The position numbers were made by a program, and so were the translations under genes. Positions 38,461-47,411 of a stretch of DNA of 64,000 nt are shown in pieces; position 1 is the first letter of the stretch, and every line of letters begins with the position of its first letter. Where the stretch lies: positions 5,504,001 through 5,568,000 of the forward strand of contig OZ252100.1 of assembly GCA_965248435.1 (NCBI GenBank), in the 5' to 3' direction. The stretch is from Candidatus Latescibacterota bacterium (GTDB lineage: Bacteria; Latescibacterota; UBA2968; GCA-2709665). Under the pieces are notes generated by a model. That model saw only the letters and a program-made list of their open reading frames with translations, was not told the DNA's origin and made no database searches.

Positions 38461-38498
38461 GCAGGAGGCCGGAGGTTCAAATCCTTTCGCCCCGACCA
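38461..38498 (+). repeat. tRNA-Pro-like 3' half (att remnant)
   Basis: GCAGGAGGCCGGAGGTTCAAATCCTTTCGCCCCGACCA: variable loop, T-arm, acceptor strand and CCA; no 5' half. Confidence 0.75.
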
Positions 38499-38590
38499 CA
38501 TCCTACATTAAGCGGGTAGAACGACTTGGGGGGATCATACTCGCCGGGTCTTTCTGCCCGTTTTTTTATCTACGCCCTGTCTACAACGTA

Positions 38591-39652
38591 GTGGGGTTTC
38601 GCTGGACCGGAGACAGTATGGACCTTCCCGATGTGACCAACATGAGTTACAAAGGATTTGAGATCAGCTGCTTTGCCAACCCACGGAGGGGGACGCGATA
38701 CAGCTATTGTGCGTTTGTGTATCGAGAGCCCGGCCATGAGCTGCTCTTCAGAGTTGAGGCGTATACCACACACGCCCATATGGCGGCGCAAGACCGTTCA
38801 GAGGAGAGTCGCCATTGGGCAGAGAGACTGCTTGAAGTGAGCATGGATGTCGCAAAGGGCCGGGTTGACCTCGGAGAGTACGAGGTTGGGCAACTATACG
38901 AGCAAGAAGTTGCATATGACGATCAGGAGGACGAGCTTCTGCCTGTCTTATCCGGCGACACGATTTCGCACTTGCAGATAGGCAAACTGATTCTACGGAG
39001 CTTGGGCGACCTCAGGGAGAGGTCCGGAGAGAGCTACCGGAAGGCAAGTCTCAACGTTAGTGGTCTCTGTACGGTGTTGGGCATCGATCAGAATCAATAC
39101 TACCTTTCGGTTGAAAACTTGCTTGCTGACAATCTGATCGAAGCCAGACATGAGAGAGAGAAGTCAATCAAACACGGTGAGCTTTTTATTTCTGCGAATG
39201 GCGTGAAGGCCCTTGCAGGGGGGCTTGGAGAATCCAGACTATCCCCCACAGTTGGAGCATTTGTCTCGGAAACCCGGCTTCAGGAGCTTCGCGATCTGAA
39301 ACCGGTGAAGTTTGACTTTCGGAAACTCATTCGCCTCTGCGAGGAGTTGAACGAAAGCTACTACGCTGGCTCTTACTTCTGTGTAGGCATGACAGTACGT
39401 GCTATAATGGATCACATCCCGCCGATTTTTGGGTTTACGTCTTTCCTCAGTTTCGCAAACCAGTATGGAGGCAGTAAGTCCTTCAAAGATCTAATGAAAC
39501 GGCTCGAAGAGACCTTCAGAAAACTCGGTGATGCATACCTTCACACGCAGATAAGAAACTCAGAGACTCTCCCGAACGAAAACCAGGTGGAGTTCAGGTC
39601 TGAGATGGATATGCTCCTTGCAGAGATTGTCCGGGTTTCGACCCAAGTGTAG
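38591..39652 (+). CDS. hypothetical protein with C-terminal HEPN-like domain (defence candidate)
   Basis: C-domain EELN...VRAIMDHIPPIFG...RKLGDAYLH resembles a HEPN R-x-H arrangement. Confidence 0.55.
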   Translation: MGFRWTGDSMDLPDVTNMSYKGFEISCFANPRRGTRYSYCAFVYREPGHELLFRVEAYTTHAHMAAQDRSEESRHWAERLLEVSMDVAKGRVDLGEYEVGQLYEQEVAYDDQEDELLPVLSGDTISHLQIGKLILRSLGDLRERSGESYRKASLNVSGLCTVLGIDQNQYYLSVENLLADNLIEARHEREKSIKHGELFISANGVKALAGGLGESRLSPTVGAFVSETRLQELRDLKPVKFDFRKLIRLCEELNESYYAGSYFCVGMTVRAIMDHIPPIFGFTSFLSFANQYGGSKSFKDLMKRLEETFRKLGDAYLHTQIRNSETLPNENQVEFRSEMDMLLAEIVRVSTQV

Positions 39653-39900
39653 TCTCCAGAAAGTGCGGATCGATCCCAGCGAAGAGGCTGCAAAAGCCGT
39701 TTGTGAGTCGAACCCAGTGGACAGTTCGATCACAACACATATCCCTGGAAAGACCGGCTCCAGCCATACGCCCCGGGAAGTCTTGGATGAGCAGCGTGAT
39801 CGAGATCGCGTAGGAAAGGAGGGATGCCAGAACGATTCGTGTCCCTCCGAACCGGTTGCGTTTCGTAATGAGTTGATAAGGTGAATGGAGGAGGCAACAG

Positions 39901-40869
39901 ATGAGGCACATTTTGTTGCTGGGTGCCGGGTTTAGCAGGAACTGGGGTGGGCCGCTTGCCAGCGAGGTCTTCGAGCACCTCCTGGCGATTCCCGAAATCC
40001 AGCAGGATCCGTATTTGGGCCACTTGCTGTGGGAGACCAGCAAACCCAAGGGCGGTGGTTTCGAGCAGGCACTCGATAAAGCGAAGCAGGATGCTTCCAG
40101 CGATGTAGAGAAAGTACCGAGCCTGGAGGCTTTGCGGAACGGTGTGTCTGCCGTCTTCGATGTTATGAATCGGGGTTTCTTCGAACTTTTGGCCATTGAG
40201 CCAGAAGTTCGGACGTTCCTGTCGAAGTTCGATGCGATATACAGCCTCGATCAAGACGTCCTGTTGGAACATCACTACCTGAAGCATCTGGACTTAATAG
40301 ACCCAGACAGATGGACGGGTGCTCAGATCCCAGGGATGAGGCGGATACCCAGCAACGACACACACCCGTCCTGGGGAAAAGACACCTGGGTGCCCAATGA
40401 CGACCCGAGTGAGTTCGTTGTTTCAGATAGACTCCAACCGCTTTTTAAGCCCCATGGCTCTTCGAATTGGGTCGATGAAGAGGGTGGTGAAATGCTGATT
40501 GTTGGTGGCAACAAGGCAGGAGCGATTAAGGAACACCCAGTGTTGGATTGGTACTTCAGGAAGTTTGAAGAGGACATTACCTCGGAAGCGCGGCTCTTCG
40601 TTATCGGATACAGCTTTGGAGACAATCACATCAACGAGCAGATAATAAAGGGAGTCGGAGACGGGCTGAGGTTCTTCGTTTTGGATCCGCTTGGGAGCGA
40701 GGTGGCGAGACAGGCGAACCCATCCTACGGTGCGATGGTTATGGATAAAAGTGCCGAGGAAATGGCCTTCGAGGAAGGACTCATTGGCGCATCGAGGCGC
40801 AACCTCCGAGACATCTTCGGGGGTAACGATCCAATCTCGCACGCCAACATCATGAGTTTCTTCAAGTGA
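39901..40869 (+). CDS. SIR2-like domain protein
   Basis: LLLGAGFS, SLDQD (N->D at the TxNxD position), KPHGS, VIGYSFGDNHIN. Confidence 0.85.
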   Translation: MRHILLLGAGFSRNWGGPLASEVFEHLLAIPEIQQDPYLGHLLWETSKPKGGGFEQALDKAKQDASSDVEKVPSLEALRNGVSAVFDVMNRGFFELLAIEPEVRTFLSKFDAIYSLDQDVLLEHHYLKHLDLIDPDRWTGAQIPGMRRIPSNDTHPSWGKDTWVPNDDPSEFVVSDRLQPLFKPHGSSNWVDEEGGEMLIVGGNKAGAIKEHPVLDWYFRKFEEDITSEARLFVIGYSFGDNHINEQIIKGVGDGLRFFVLDPLGSEVARQANPSYGAMVMDKSAEEMAFEEGLIGASRRNLRDIFGGNDPISHANIMSFFK

Positions 40870-41021
40870 AGTGGCTAACCGGGAAAGGATGGCAGACAGG
40901 CCGTCCCGTTTTGTGACACGGCCGTCGCTCCTTAGATCGTCCCCATCCGTAACCTGTATCGATATGCACCTTCGTACGCCATGGGGGGCAGGGAGGAACG
41001 TTATGGCGAAAACGATTACAA

Positions 41022-41240
41022 CCGTCATTGAGCCACAGCCGACCGCGCTTCGGCTGTCTGGCGGGCACCTTTAGCCCCTCCTGACGCCAGATCCGCTCCA
41101 CCCGCTTGTGGTTCACCCGCCAGCCGTCACTCCTGAGCAGGGCCGTGATCCTGCGGTAGCCATACCGCCCGTATTCGCTGGCCAGAGAGACGATGCTCGT
41201 GGTCAGAAGCTCCTCGTCGTCTGGCTTGGAAGCCCAATCC
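41022..41240 (-). mobile_element. IS3-family transposase OrfB fragment
   Basis: YGRYGYRRITALLR..GWRVNHKRVERIWRQEGLKVP..QPKRGRLWLNDG; no DDE core. Confidence 0.88.
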
Positions 41241-41431
41241 GGCATAGGTGAAAGTGTCATCCCGTTTTTCTTCCTCGATCCAGTTCCAAAATGTTGCTGA
41301 GCCAGTAGCTTGGATAACTTCGCGGCGGCTTCTACTAAGACCGGCCATACCTGATAGCCGAGTCCGTAAGTGTTGGCCATTGGCTCACCTGTGTGATCTT
41401 CCGGCTCTGGAAGGCTCGCAGCAAGATTTGC

Positions 41432-41881
41432 TTAAGCTTCACCATCAGGTTCCTTTGGTTTACCCCCTGTTTTCCCGTAATTCTTCCTAATAGCGCGAAG
41501 CAATGAAAGTATCTCCCTCCGAAGCTCAGGCGGCGTCGCTTCAAATTCTTCCAACCACTCAGCCCACTCTTGGCGTCTATTGTAGTTGTAGGCAGGCGAA
41601 TCCTCCATGAAGACCGCCCCAGCGGAGAGCGAGTGCATTTGGACTCGTTGCTCCAGGTCGGCGTCGGATCGGGATGATCCCTCCCCAATAATTGCACCGA
41701 GATCAATGGGCAGGACCGCATGTATACGCAGGAGAGTCTTGAGCTCCAGGTTGTCCGAATTGACGTATCTCGAAACTCTCTTCTGAGTCACCCCTAACTG
41801 CTCCGCAAGCCAGACTTGGGTCTTTCCGGCCTCCTTTAGTGCCTTCCTGATCACCTCTCCGATTTTCATACGCTCCGCCAT
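41432..41881 (-). CDS. XRE-family (CI-like) repressor
   Basis: IRKALKEAGKTQVWLAEQLGVTQKRVSRY HTH. Confidence 0.85.
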   Translation of the reverse strand: MAERMKIGEVIRKALKEAGKTQVWLAEQLGVTQKRVSRYVNSDNLELKTLLRIHAVLPIDLGAIIGEGSSRSDADLEQRVQMHSLSAGAVFMEDSPAYNYNRRQEWAEWLEEFEATPPELRREILSLLRAIRKNYGKTGGKPKEPDGEA

Positions 41882-41935
41882 ATCCTGAAATTACGACAAT
41901 ATAGGTCTACTACCAAGCCCTTAAGTCATTTTTGC

Positions 41936-41964
41936 TTGCACCTATACGCTAAATTAGGTATATT
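41936..41964 (+). promoter_or_regulatory. divergent sigma70 promoter with an operator-like palindrome
   Basis: TTGCAC-N17-TATATT; imperfect inverted repeat TATACGCTAA/TTAGGTATA across the spacer. Confidence 0.55.
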
Positions 41965-42015
41965 TCACGCAGTATTATACCTTTTGCATACTACTTCTCT
42001 AATAAGGAGGATACC

Positions 42016-42186
42016 ATGAGAAACGGCATCAAAATACTCCGACCCTACAAGGCCATGCGGCGAAAATGCCTAGAATGCACCGCCGGGAGCGTTAGGGAGG
42101 TGCGCCTCTGCCACATGTCGGACTGCCCGCTCTGGCCCCATCGGATGGGAAAGAGGCCGACCCCTGAAATACTGGAAATCGCATAG
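42016..42186 (+). CDS. small Cys-rich phage-type protein (56 aa)
   Basis: TAAGGAGG RBS; MRNGIKILRPYKAMRRKCLECTAGSVREVRLCHMSDCPLWPHRMG...; four Cys; absent from the ORF track. Confidence 0.75.
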   Translation: MRNGIKILRPYKAMRRKCLECTAGSVREVRLCHMSDCPLWPHRMGKRPTPEILEIA

Positions 42187-42484
42187 AAAGGGAAGTTTCT
42201 CAGAGGCACCCCATCCAAGACAGACCGAGGTGGATTTTCGATGAAAATCGCGACGCTCGTGCAGGGTTTTGAGATTCCGTGGGAAGGGAAGGCTGAACCC
42301 GCAGGCACGCCGAGGGTAGGGTGTGGGAGTATGAGAATTACAGTCGTTCTTGTCTCAAATCGCGATGTCCAAAAAACCTCATCGAAATCCCCTGCGTAAC
42401 TACCTGAATTTACTCAGTCCATTTTTTTTGAATCTGATGTCCAACAAACTGATGAATTGTGGACACCCCGAAGGAGGAGGAGCC

Positions 42485-43066
42485 ATGGACAGAAAAAGAA
42501 AGCGGGCGGCAATATACGCTCGCGTATCCACCCGCGACCAAGATCCCGACCTTCAGCTCAGAGAACTGGAATCATATGCTGAAAACAGGGGATTCGAGGT
42601 CGTAGGCCCCTTTGCAGACCGTGAGAGCGGCACCAGCACAAATCGTGAGGAACTGAACCGGCTCTGGAAGCTGGTGAGAGCGCGGAAGGTGGATTTGGTG
42701 CTCGTCTGGAAGTTCGACCGATTCGCCAGATCCATGAAGCAGCTCGTCGATGCGCTCGAGGAGTTTCAGCACCTGGGGGTGGACTTCGTGAGCCTGACGG
42801 AGCAGATCGATACATCCTCTCCAGCGGGCAAGTTGGTGTTTCACGTTATGTCGGCTATCGCAGAGTTCGAAAGGGAGTTGATCTCAGAGAGGGTCCGAGC
42901 CGGTATAGCGAAGGCTAGGGCACAAGGGAAGGTTCTTGGTAGGCCGAGGATTGATGAGAAGGTGGCTGAAGAGATACGCAGGCTGCATAGGCAAGAGAAA
43001 CTCAGCCTGAGAGAGGTAGGAAAGAGGCTATCAGTGTCGAAAAGTACTGTTGAGAACTATGCTTAG
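42485..43066 (+). CDS. small serine recombinase (resolvase/invertase)
   Basis: IYARVST, DRESG, VWKFDRFARS, AEFERELISERVRAG, C-terminal HTH; GGAGGAGG RBS. Confidence 0.93.
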   Translation: MDRKRKRAAIYARVSTRDQDPDLQLRELESYAENRGFEVVGPFADRESGTSTNREELNRLWKLVRARKVDLVLVWKFDRFARSMKQLVDALEEFQHLGVDFVSLTEQIDTSSPAGKLVFHVMSAIAEFERELISERVRAGIAKARAQGKVLGRPRIDEKVAEEIRRLHRQEKLSLREVGKRLSVSKSTVENYA

Positions 43067-43380
43067 GCGGGGCCGCACCTACTTGATTCCAGAGGTTGCT
43101 TCAACACCTCTCGCAACAACTTCCCCGGCCTGAAATGCACCTTCCGTCGAGCTGGAACGTTGACCAGCTCGCCCGTCCTCGGGTTGTGCGCGTTAGGCTT
43201 TGCCCTAGTTTGTTTCACACTGAGAACTCCAAAACCACGGGCCTCGATTCGCTCACCGTTGATCACTGCCTCAGCCAGTTCTCGGAAAAAGACATCCACG
43301 AACCGCTTAGCCTTCGTTTTGGTCATTCCCAGTTCGCCAGCCAGAGTGTTGGCCAAGTGCGTTTTGGTGGTCGTGGGCAA
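43063..43380 (-). CDS. HU/IHF family DNA-binding protein
   Basis: IEARGFGVL, NPRTGE.V.VPARRKVHFRPGK. Confidence 0.9.
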   Translation of the reverse strand: MPTTTKTHLANTLAGELGMTKTKAKRFVDVFFRELAEAVINGERIEARGFGVLSVKQTRAKPNAHNPRTGELVNVPARRKVHFRPGKLLREVLKQPLESSRCGPA

Positions 43381-43564
43381 GCCTCCCTCCGAAAAGTTTC
43401 CAGAAGATAGTAGTATTGAGCCGCTAGTTGCCGCGTGTAGATTTGTGTGTAAGGTTCAACACCATCGGGATGTAGCGAAATCCATCCAAGTTCTGCTCCT
43501 CCCTTTCTTTCTCGAATCCTAGCCCTTCATATGCTTTAACTGCATTGGGCGGCGTTGGCTCGAT

Positions 43565-44278
43565 TCAATCCATGTGTGAGCGAACGATGTGAGTGAACTC
43601 CGACCAGTCGCGTACCTCCGCATCAGCGGCATCAGAAAGTGGTCCGCCTGAGGTAGACTGATCAGGGTTATACCAAATTGACCATAGCCCGGCGGATCTT
43701 GCTCCGGCGATGTCAAACTCTGGGCTATCTCCGCAAAACCAAGCTTGATGTGAACCTATGTGGAGCTTGGCAATCGCTACCTCAAAGAGGAGCGGATGGG
43801 GCTTCCGTATCCCGTAGTCCGCACTCGACAAGACAAATGAAAACGCATCCTTCAGACCGTGCCGTTGGAGTTCCCATTCCAGGACCGGTCCAGAAAAGGG
43901 ATTGTTGCTTACCACTCCCATCTTGATTTTCAGTAGCTTCAGCTCGTCCAGAGCGTAAACTATCCCAGGTTCGGGACTGTAGCGCACTGCTCCCTTCCAA
44001 AACTCCAATTCCATCTCCGAGAAAGAGAGGTTGAATCTGAGTCCGAGTTTATCGAATAGAATCCGCTGAAACGCCTGAACTGGAAATTCAACCATCCCGA
44101 GTAGATTCTCTACCCTAGAGTCCAATCGGTCTGCCTCTTCTTGGACTTCCTTTCCCGTCAAAACGTTAGGAGGGATTGCGAAATCAAGAAGCCTGGCGTT
44201 GCCAGCTTCGGGATCAAACCGGCGGTTACCGAGGATGGTGTCATGAAAGTCGAAAAGGATGGCGACCGGACGGTCCAT
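43565..44278 (-). CDS. HAD-family hydrolase (last cassette gene)
   Basis: FDFHDTI, VVSN, RKPHP, GDSPEFDIAGA. Confidence 0.88.
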   Translation of the reverse strand: MDRPVAILFDFHDTILGNRRFDPEAGNARLLDFAIPPNVLTGKEVQEEADRLDSRVENLLGMVEFPVQAFQRILFDKLGLRFNLSFSEMELEFWKGAVRYSPEPGIVYALDELKLLKIKMGVVSNNPFSGPVLEWELQRHGLKDAFSFVLSSADYGIRKPHPLLFEVAIAKLHIGSHQAWFCGDSPEFDIAGARSAGLWSIWYNPDQSTSGGPLSDAADAEVRDWSEFTHIVRSHMD

Positions 44279-44315
44279 CACTTTGGATTTCCAGAGAAGA
44301 TTGAGTGACAATGCC

Positions 44316-45238
44316 GCGTAACGTTCTCGGGCCTTTGCGAACCCCGAAGGGGTTGTGCGAAGGTGCGACTGCACCGAGCCGGTAGGGTCAAGGAATGGCG
44401 CGCCAACATTAGGGTTCGGTGGCTATTCCAATGCTTTCGCATTGGGCCTCAGTCCGGCTCCCATCGTCACGGTTCCATCCCCTGCCACTTCAAACCGTAC
44501 GTGAGGTTCTCCCTCATACGGCTTTCCGACAACCTATCCTCCTGAGGCATTCGAGGTTTCAGACCCTTCAGTCCTTCACAGCCTGCCACATCAGGCCAGA
44601 CCGAAAGTCCTTTCCCCCTTGACACTCAGGTATAGCCTGCGCTGGAGTTGTCGTGAGCTTGTGGTTCGGTGTGGTTGGACCCGATCCTGTCGGGCCATGC
44701 ACCATCACTTACCTCCCCGCTCGGCACGGTTAAAGCAGAGGTCCTTCCCTCCGGTGCAGTTATGTTGTCTACACCATCACAGGTAATATGACCTCCTCCG
44801 ACTTCTCACACGGCATCCCTCCAGACTTCACGATTCGTCGCTTATACCAGAGGTCACGGAAGCTGTGGGCCTCCGACCGTATGAGACCTCCCTTGTTCCA
44901 CCACCAACTGTACCCACATTCCGCTCCCCCTACGCCGGGGAGTCCTTCGAGGCTGCATCTCCAGAGTCTTCGCCTCTTCCATGGCCTTCGCGTCCGTGCG
45001 ATCGCTCGGCTCTCCCTGGTTCCCATTATCGGGGCTAACATATCGACGCTGCAGGATTCCCTTTATGGTACGGACTGCAGGGTTGCACCTCCTTCACAGA
45101 GGCATACTCCGCTTCAGCACACCCGGTCACCCGGAAGCACTGGGAGCTCGCTACTCGGCTCTCTGGCGATTACCGAGACCGGACTTTCACCGGCAAGTTG
45201 ATGATGACTTCAAGGCACACCGCACGGGCGTGTTATGC
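44316..45238 (-). repeat. attC site 1, interrupted by a group II intron
   Basis: GCGTAAC at 44316 and GTTATGC at 45232; internal hairpins match the other three attC sites. Confidence 0.75.
44382..45225 (-). mobile_element. ORF-less group II intron (non-IIC, class E-like) with internally deleted IEP
   Basis: 5' GTGCGGTGTGCC; domain V GAAAGCCGTATGAGGGAGAACCTCACGTACGGTTTG (AGC triad); long domain VI ending GACCCTAC; IEP relic SRQLQRRLYLSVK at about 44620-44660. Confidence 0.85.
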
Positions 45239-45262
45239 GAAGCTGGCGAGTTCGCGTGCGAC

Positions 45263-45880
45263 CTATTTAGGACGCCACTTCAGAGAGTTCTTCTTGAGAA
45301 GGTTCTTTGCATCCTCAAGCATCTGATTTACGCCTTCGACAGCATCTATTCTTGCCGAACTCCGTAGTGCTTCGCTTATAGGAGGACGCCAATCTTTGCC
45401 GCTAGTACCGAGGGCAACTGCTTTTTGGACGGCCAATTTGTAGTTTTGCCGTATGTGTTCGAAGTGATTCTTGCAGTGTATGCGGCAATCGCGCGGATGA
45501 AATCCAGCGAACTCTTTGCCTTCTGACGTCTCGATGATTCTGAGCAGTACATCGTCAGGAATGCTGGACATATCACTCCAGCTCTGATGTGGAAGACCCG
45601 GAAGGCTTGGTAGTCTGCCAGTACTCGTATCGTCAGCGGCTTCCGCAGCCTTCTTAAGGGTTCTGAGACCGACCTGCACCTCCTCCTGTATTGACTCCAG
45701 AATTGCTACTCCTAGTTTGCTATAGGTTCGTCGTCGTCGCCACTCTCCGAGCCGGTCAACCGCAATGTAAGTCACTAGTGCGACGAGTATGGGGAGAAGC
45801 ATCTTCTCCAGAAAGAACACCAGTCCTACCGGCAGCAGGTTTTGTGTGGCTCTAAGAGTATCTAGCGTTGCAGTGTCCAT
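45263..45880 (-). CDS. hypothetical membrane-anchored cassette protein
   Basis: ORF fills the space between attC1 and attC2; N-terminal TM segment. Confidence 0.7.
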   Translation of the reverse strand: MDTATLDTLRATQNLLPVGLVFFLEKMLLPILVALVTYIAVDRLGEWRRRRTYSKLGVAILESIQEEVQVGLRTLKKAAEAADDTSTGRLPSLPGLPHQSWSDMSSIPDDVLLRIIETSEGKEFAGFHPRDCRIHCKNHFEHIRQNYKLAVQKAVALGTSGKDWRPPISEALRSSARIDAVEGVNQMLEDAKNLLKKNSLKWRPK

Positions 45881-45920
45881 TCGGATCACCTGAATCCATG
45901 TAGAGTCTTGCGCCAGTTTC

Positions 45921-46014
45921 GCATAACGTTCCCGCCACTTGCGAACCTGCCTATGGCGGGTTGCCGTCAGGCCAAGGCGCGAATGCGCCGGAGCCGCAGC
46001 CCGTCGTGTTATAG
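45921..46014 (-). repeat. attC site 2
   Basis: GCATAAC...GTTATAG, 94 bp, imperfect palindrome with two internal hairpins. Confidence 0.8.
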
Positions 46015-46067
46015 GCCGTGCCAACCCTAGTCGTATCTGAGAACTCGGCGTGGAGGATCAGTAAGTT

Positions 46068-47132
46068 CTAGAAGAAATATCTTAGAACTGATGTAGCTGA
46101 TTGATTGCACCAAAATTGCGCTATCAAATAGTCTTTGCTTCTCGCATCGAGATTATACGGTTGGTATCTGAGTATAGAACTCAGAGCAAAGGAGAACAGG
46201 TAGTCCGAAAGCAGTGGATGCCAGCGGATTGTAGATCCAGCCAACTCGACAGGGAAGGTGAACAACCAGTAGTGATCAGCGACACTGTCATAGACCGTTG
46301 GAATGGCGTAATCCGACAACTCTCTTGCTGCATCGCTCCTTACCTGTTTCATCGCCGTGGCTCGTGTCGATTGGGTGTAGGCAATGGCTTTGCCTCGGAC
46401 GATGGAATTCCGTCCGAGAAGTATAGCATTGACACGAAATGAATCCAGCCAGTCCTGCCTATCGAAATCCGTAACGCGCCTGCGGTCAACTATCGATAAA
46501 AAGGATCCCAAAGGAGACGATAGCATGCGTTGAGCGTTAGTCTTGTCCGCAAGCATCTCGAACCAGCATTCCTGATTGTTAAGTCGGAGAAGTGACTGAG
46601 TGCGAAAGACGTCCGGTGTAATCTTGTGCAGCTTGTGCAGTTCATCAGAAATATCGTTGCAATGACCAAGCACCTCCTTTAGGCTGATTCTAATACTACT
46701 CCTGTGTGGCCATTTTGTAGATGTTAGAGCCTGGTACATATGAGAGAACACATTCTCGCCTCTTTTTGTCGACGGCGGATGGATTTCCAGCTCATAGTCA
46801 GGAATGGTCACGGCACTCTGGACCGGAGCCCTCAATCCATGTAGTATGGACGCCGTCACGATCTTCTTGAAAGAAAAGACCTTCTTCAGCACCAGGAACG
46901 CTTTGGATAGGTTGAGGAAACTGTAGTAATAGAGTAGCCCGCCAGTTCGCCAGTTCGCTTTTCGCGCATCAAGGAAATACGTGCAGGCTTGATCAATGAG
47001 CGGACTTATGTTGCGCGGTTTCCTTGTATGGCGCAACATTACCAATTGCTGGCAGACCTGCTCAACGATGTCCTGAGATGTTATAAGGTTCTCAACAGGC
47101 TTGGATAGGGGAAAGTAGAGCTGAAACGCCAT
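46068..47132 (-). CDS. YaaC-like protein (cassette)
   Basis: LLYYYSFLNLSKA, HGL and LSSILRYQP motifs. Confidence 0.7.
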   Translation of the reverse strand: MAFQLYFPLSKPVENLITSQDIVEQVCQQLVMLRHTRKPRNISPLIDQACTYFLDARKANWRTGGLLYYYSFLNLSKAFLVLKKVFSFKKIVTASILHGLRAPVQSAVTIPDYELEIHPPSTKRGENVFSHMYQALTSTKWPHRSSIRISLKEVLGHCNDISDELHKLHKITPDVFRTQSLLRLNNQECWFEMLADKTNAQRMLSSPLGSFLSIVDRRRVTDFDRQDWLDSFRVNAILLGRNSIVRGKAIAYTQSTRATAMKQVRSDAARELSDYAIPTVYDSVADHYWLFTFPVELAGSTIRWHPLLSDYLFSFALSSILRYQPYNLDARSKDYLIAQFWCNQSATSVLRYFF

Positions 47133-47174
47133 AGCTTTGCTTCTTATTTAAGAAGAGATCCTGGTTGGCATGGC

Positions 47175-47337
47175 CTATAACGTTCTCGGGCTTTTGCGAA
47201 CCTTGCCGACCTGCGAAGCAGGCTGGCAAGCGGGTTGCCCTGATGTTCTCCCCCTTAACGCAAACCCGCGTGACAGAGGCAAGGTTGCCAGAGGCCGGAG
47301 GGAGCGAAGCGACTGGAGCGAAAAGCCCGTGTTAGCA
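47175..47337 (-). repeat. attC site 3
   Basis: CTATAAC-GTTCT-CGGGCTTTTGCG...CGAAAAGCCCGT-GTTAGCA, 163 bp. Confidence 0.8.
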
Positions 47338-47411
47338 GAAGTCGCATCTGCCCGCCTCTCTCTGGCCAAAAGATCAGGGCGAGAATAAAACGCGCTCGAT
47401 TGCCGTGGTTT

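Noticed and set aside
38425-38498. Complete tRNA-Pro gene
   Set aside because: Only the 3' half is present; the upstream sequence is repressor-derived and gives no D-arm or 5' acceptor strand
42485-43066. Resolvase as the integron integrase or island integrase
   Set aside because: It is a small serine recombinase; attC sites need a tyrosine IntI, and it lacks the large C-terminal domains of serine integrases
44382-45225. Retron or DGR element
   Set aside because: No reverse transcriptase ORF or template/variable repeat pair; domains V and VI identify a group II intron
44769-45367. ORFs 44769-45041, 44788-45201 and 44981-45367
   Set aside because: They lie within the structured intron RNA and have no RT or other protein motifs
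45881-46024. N-terminal extensions of cassette ORFs given in the ORF track (also 44279-44374 and 48045-48146)
   Set aside because: They run through attC sites; downstream ATGs inside the cassettes are more plausible starts
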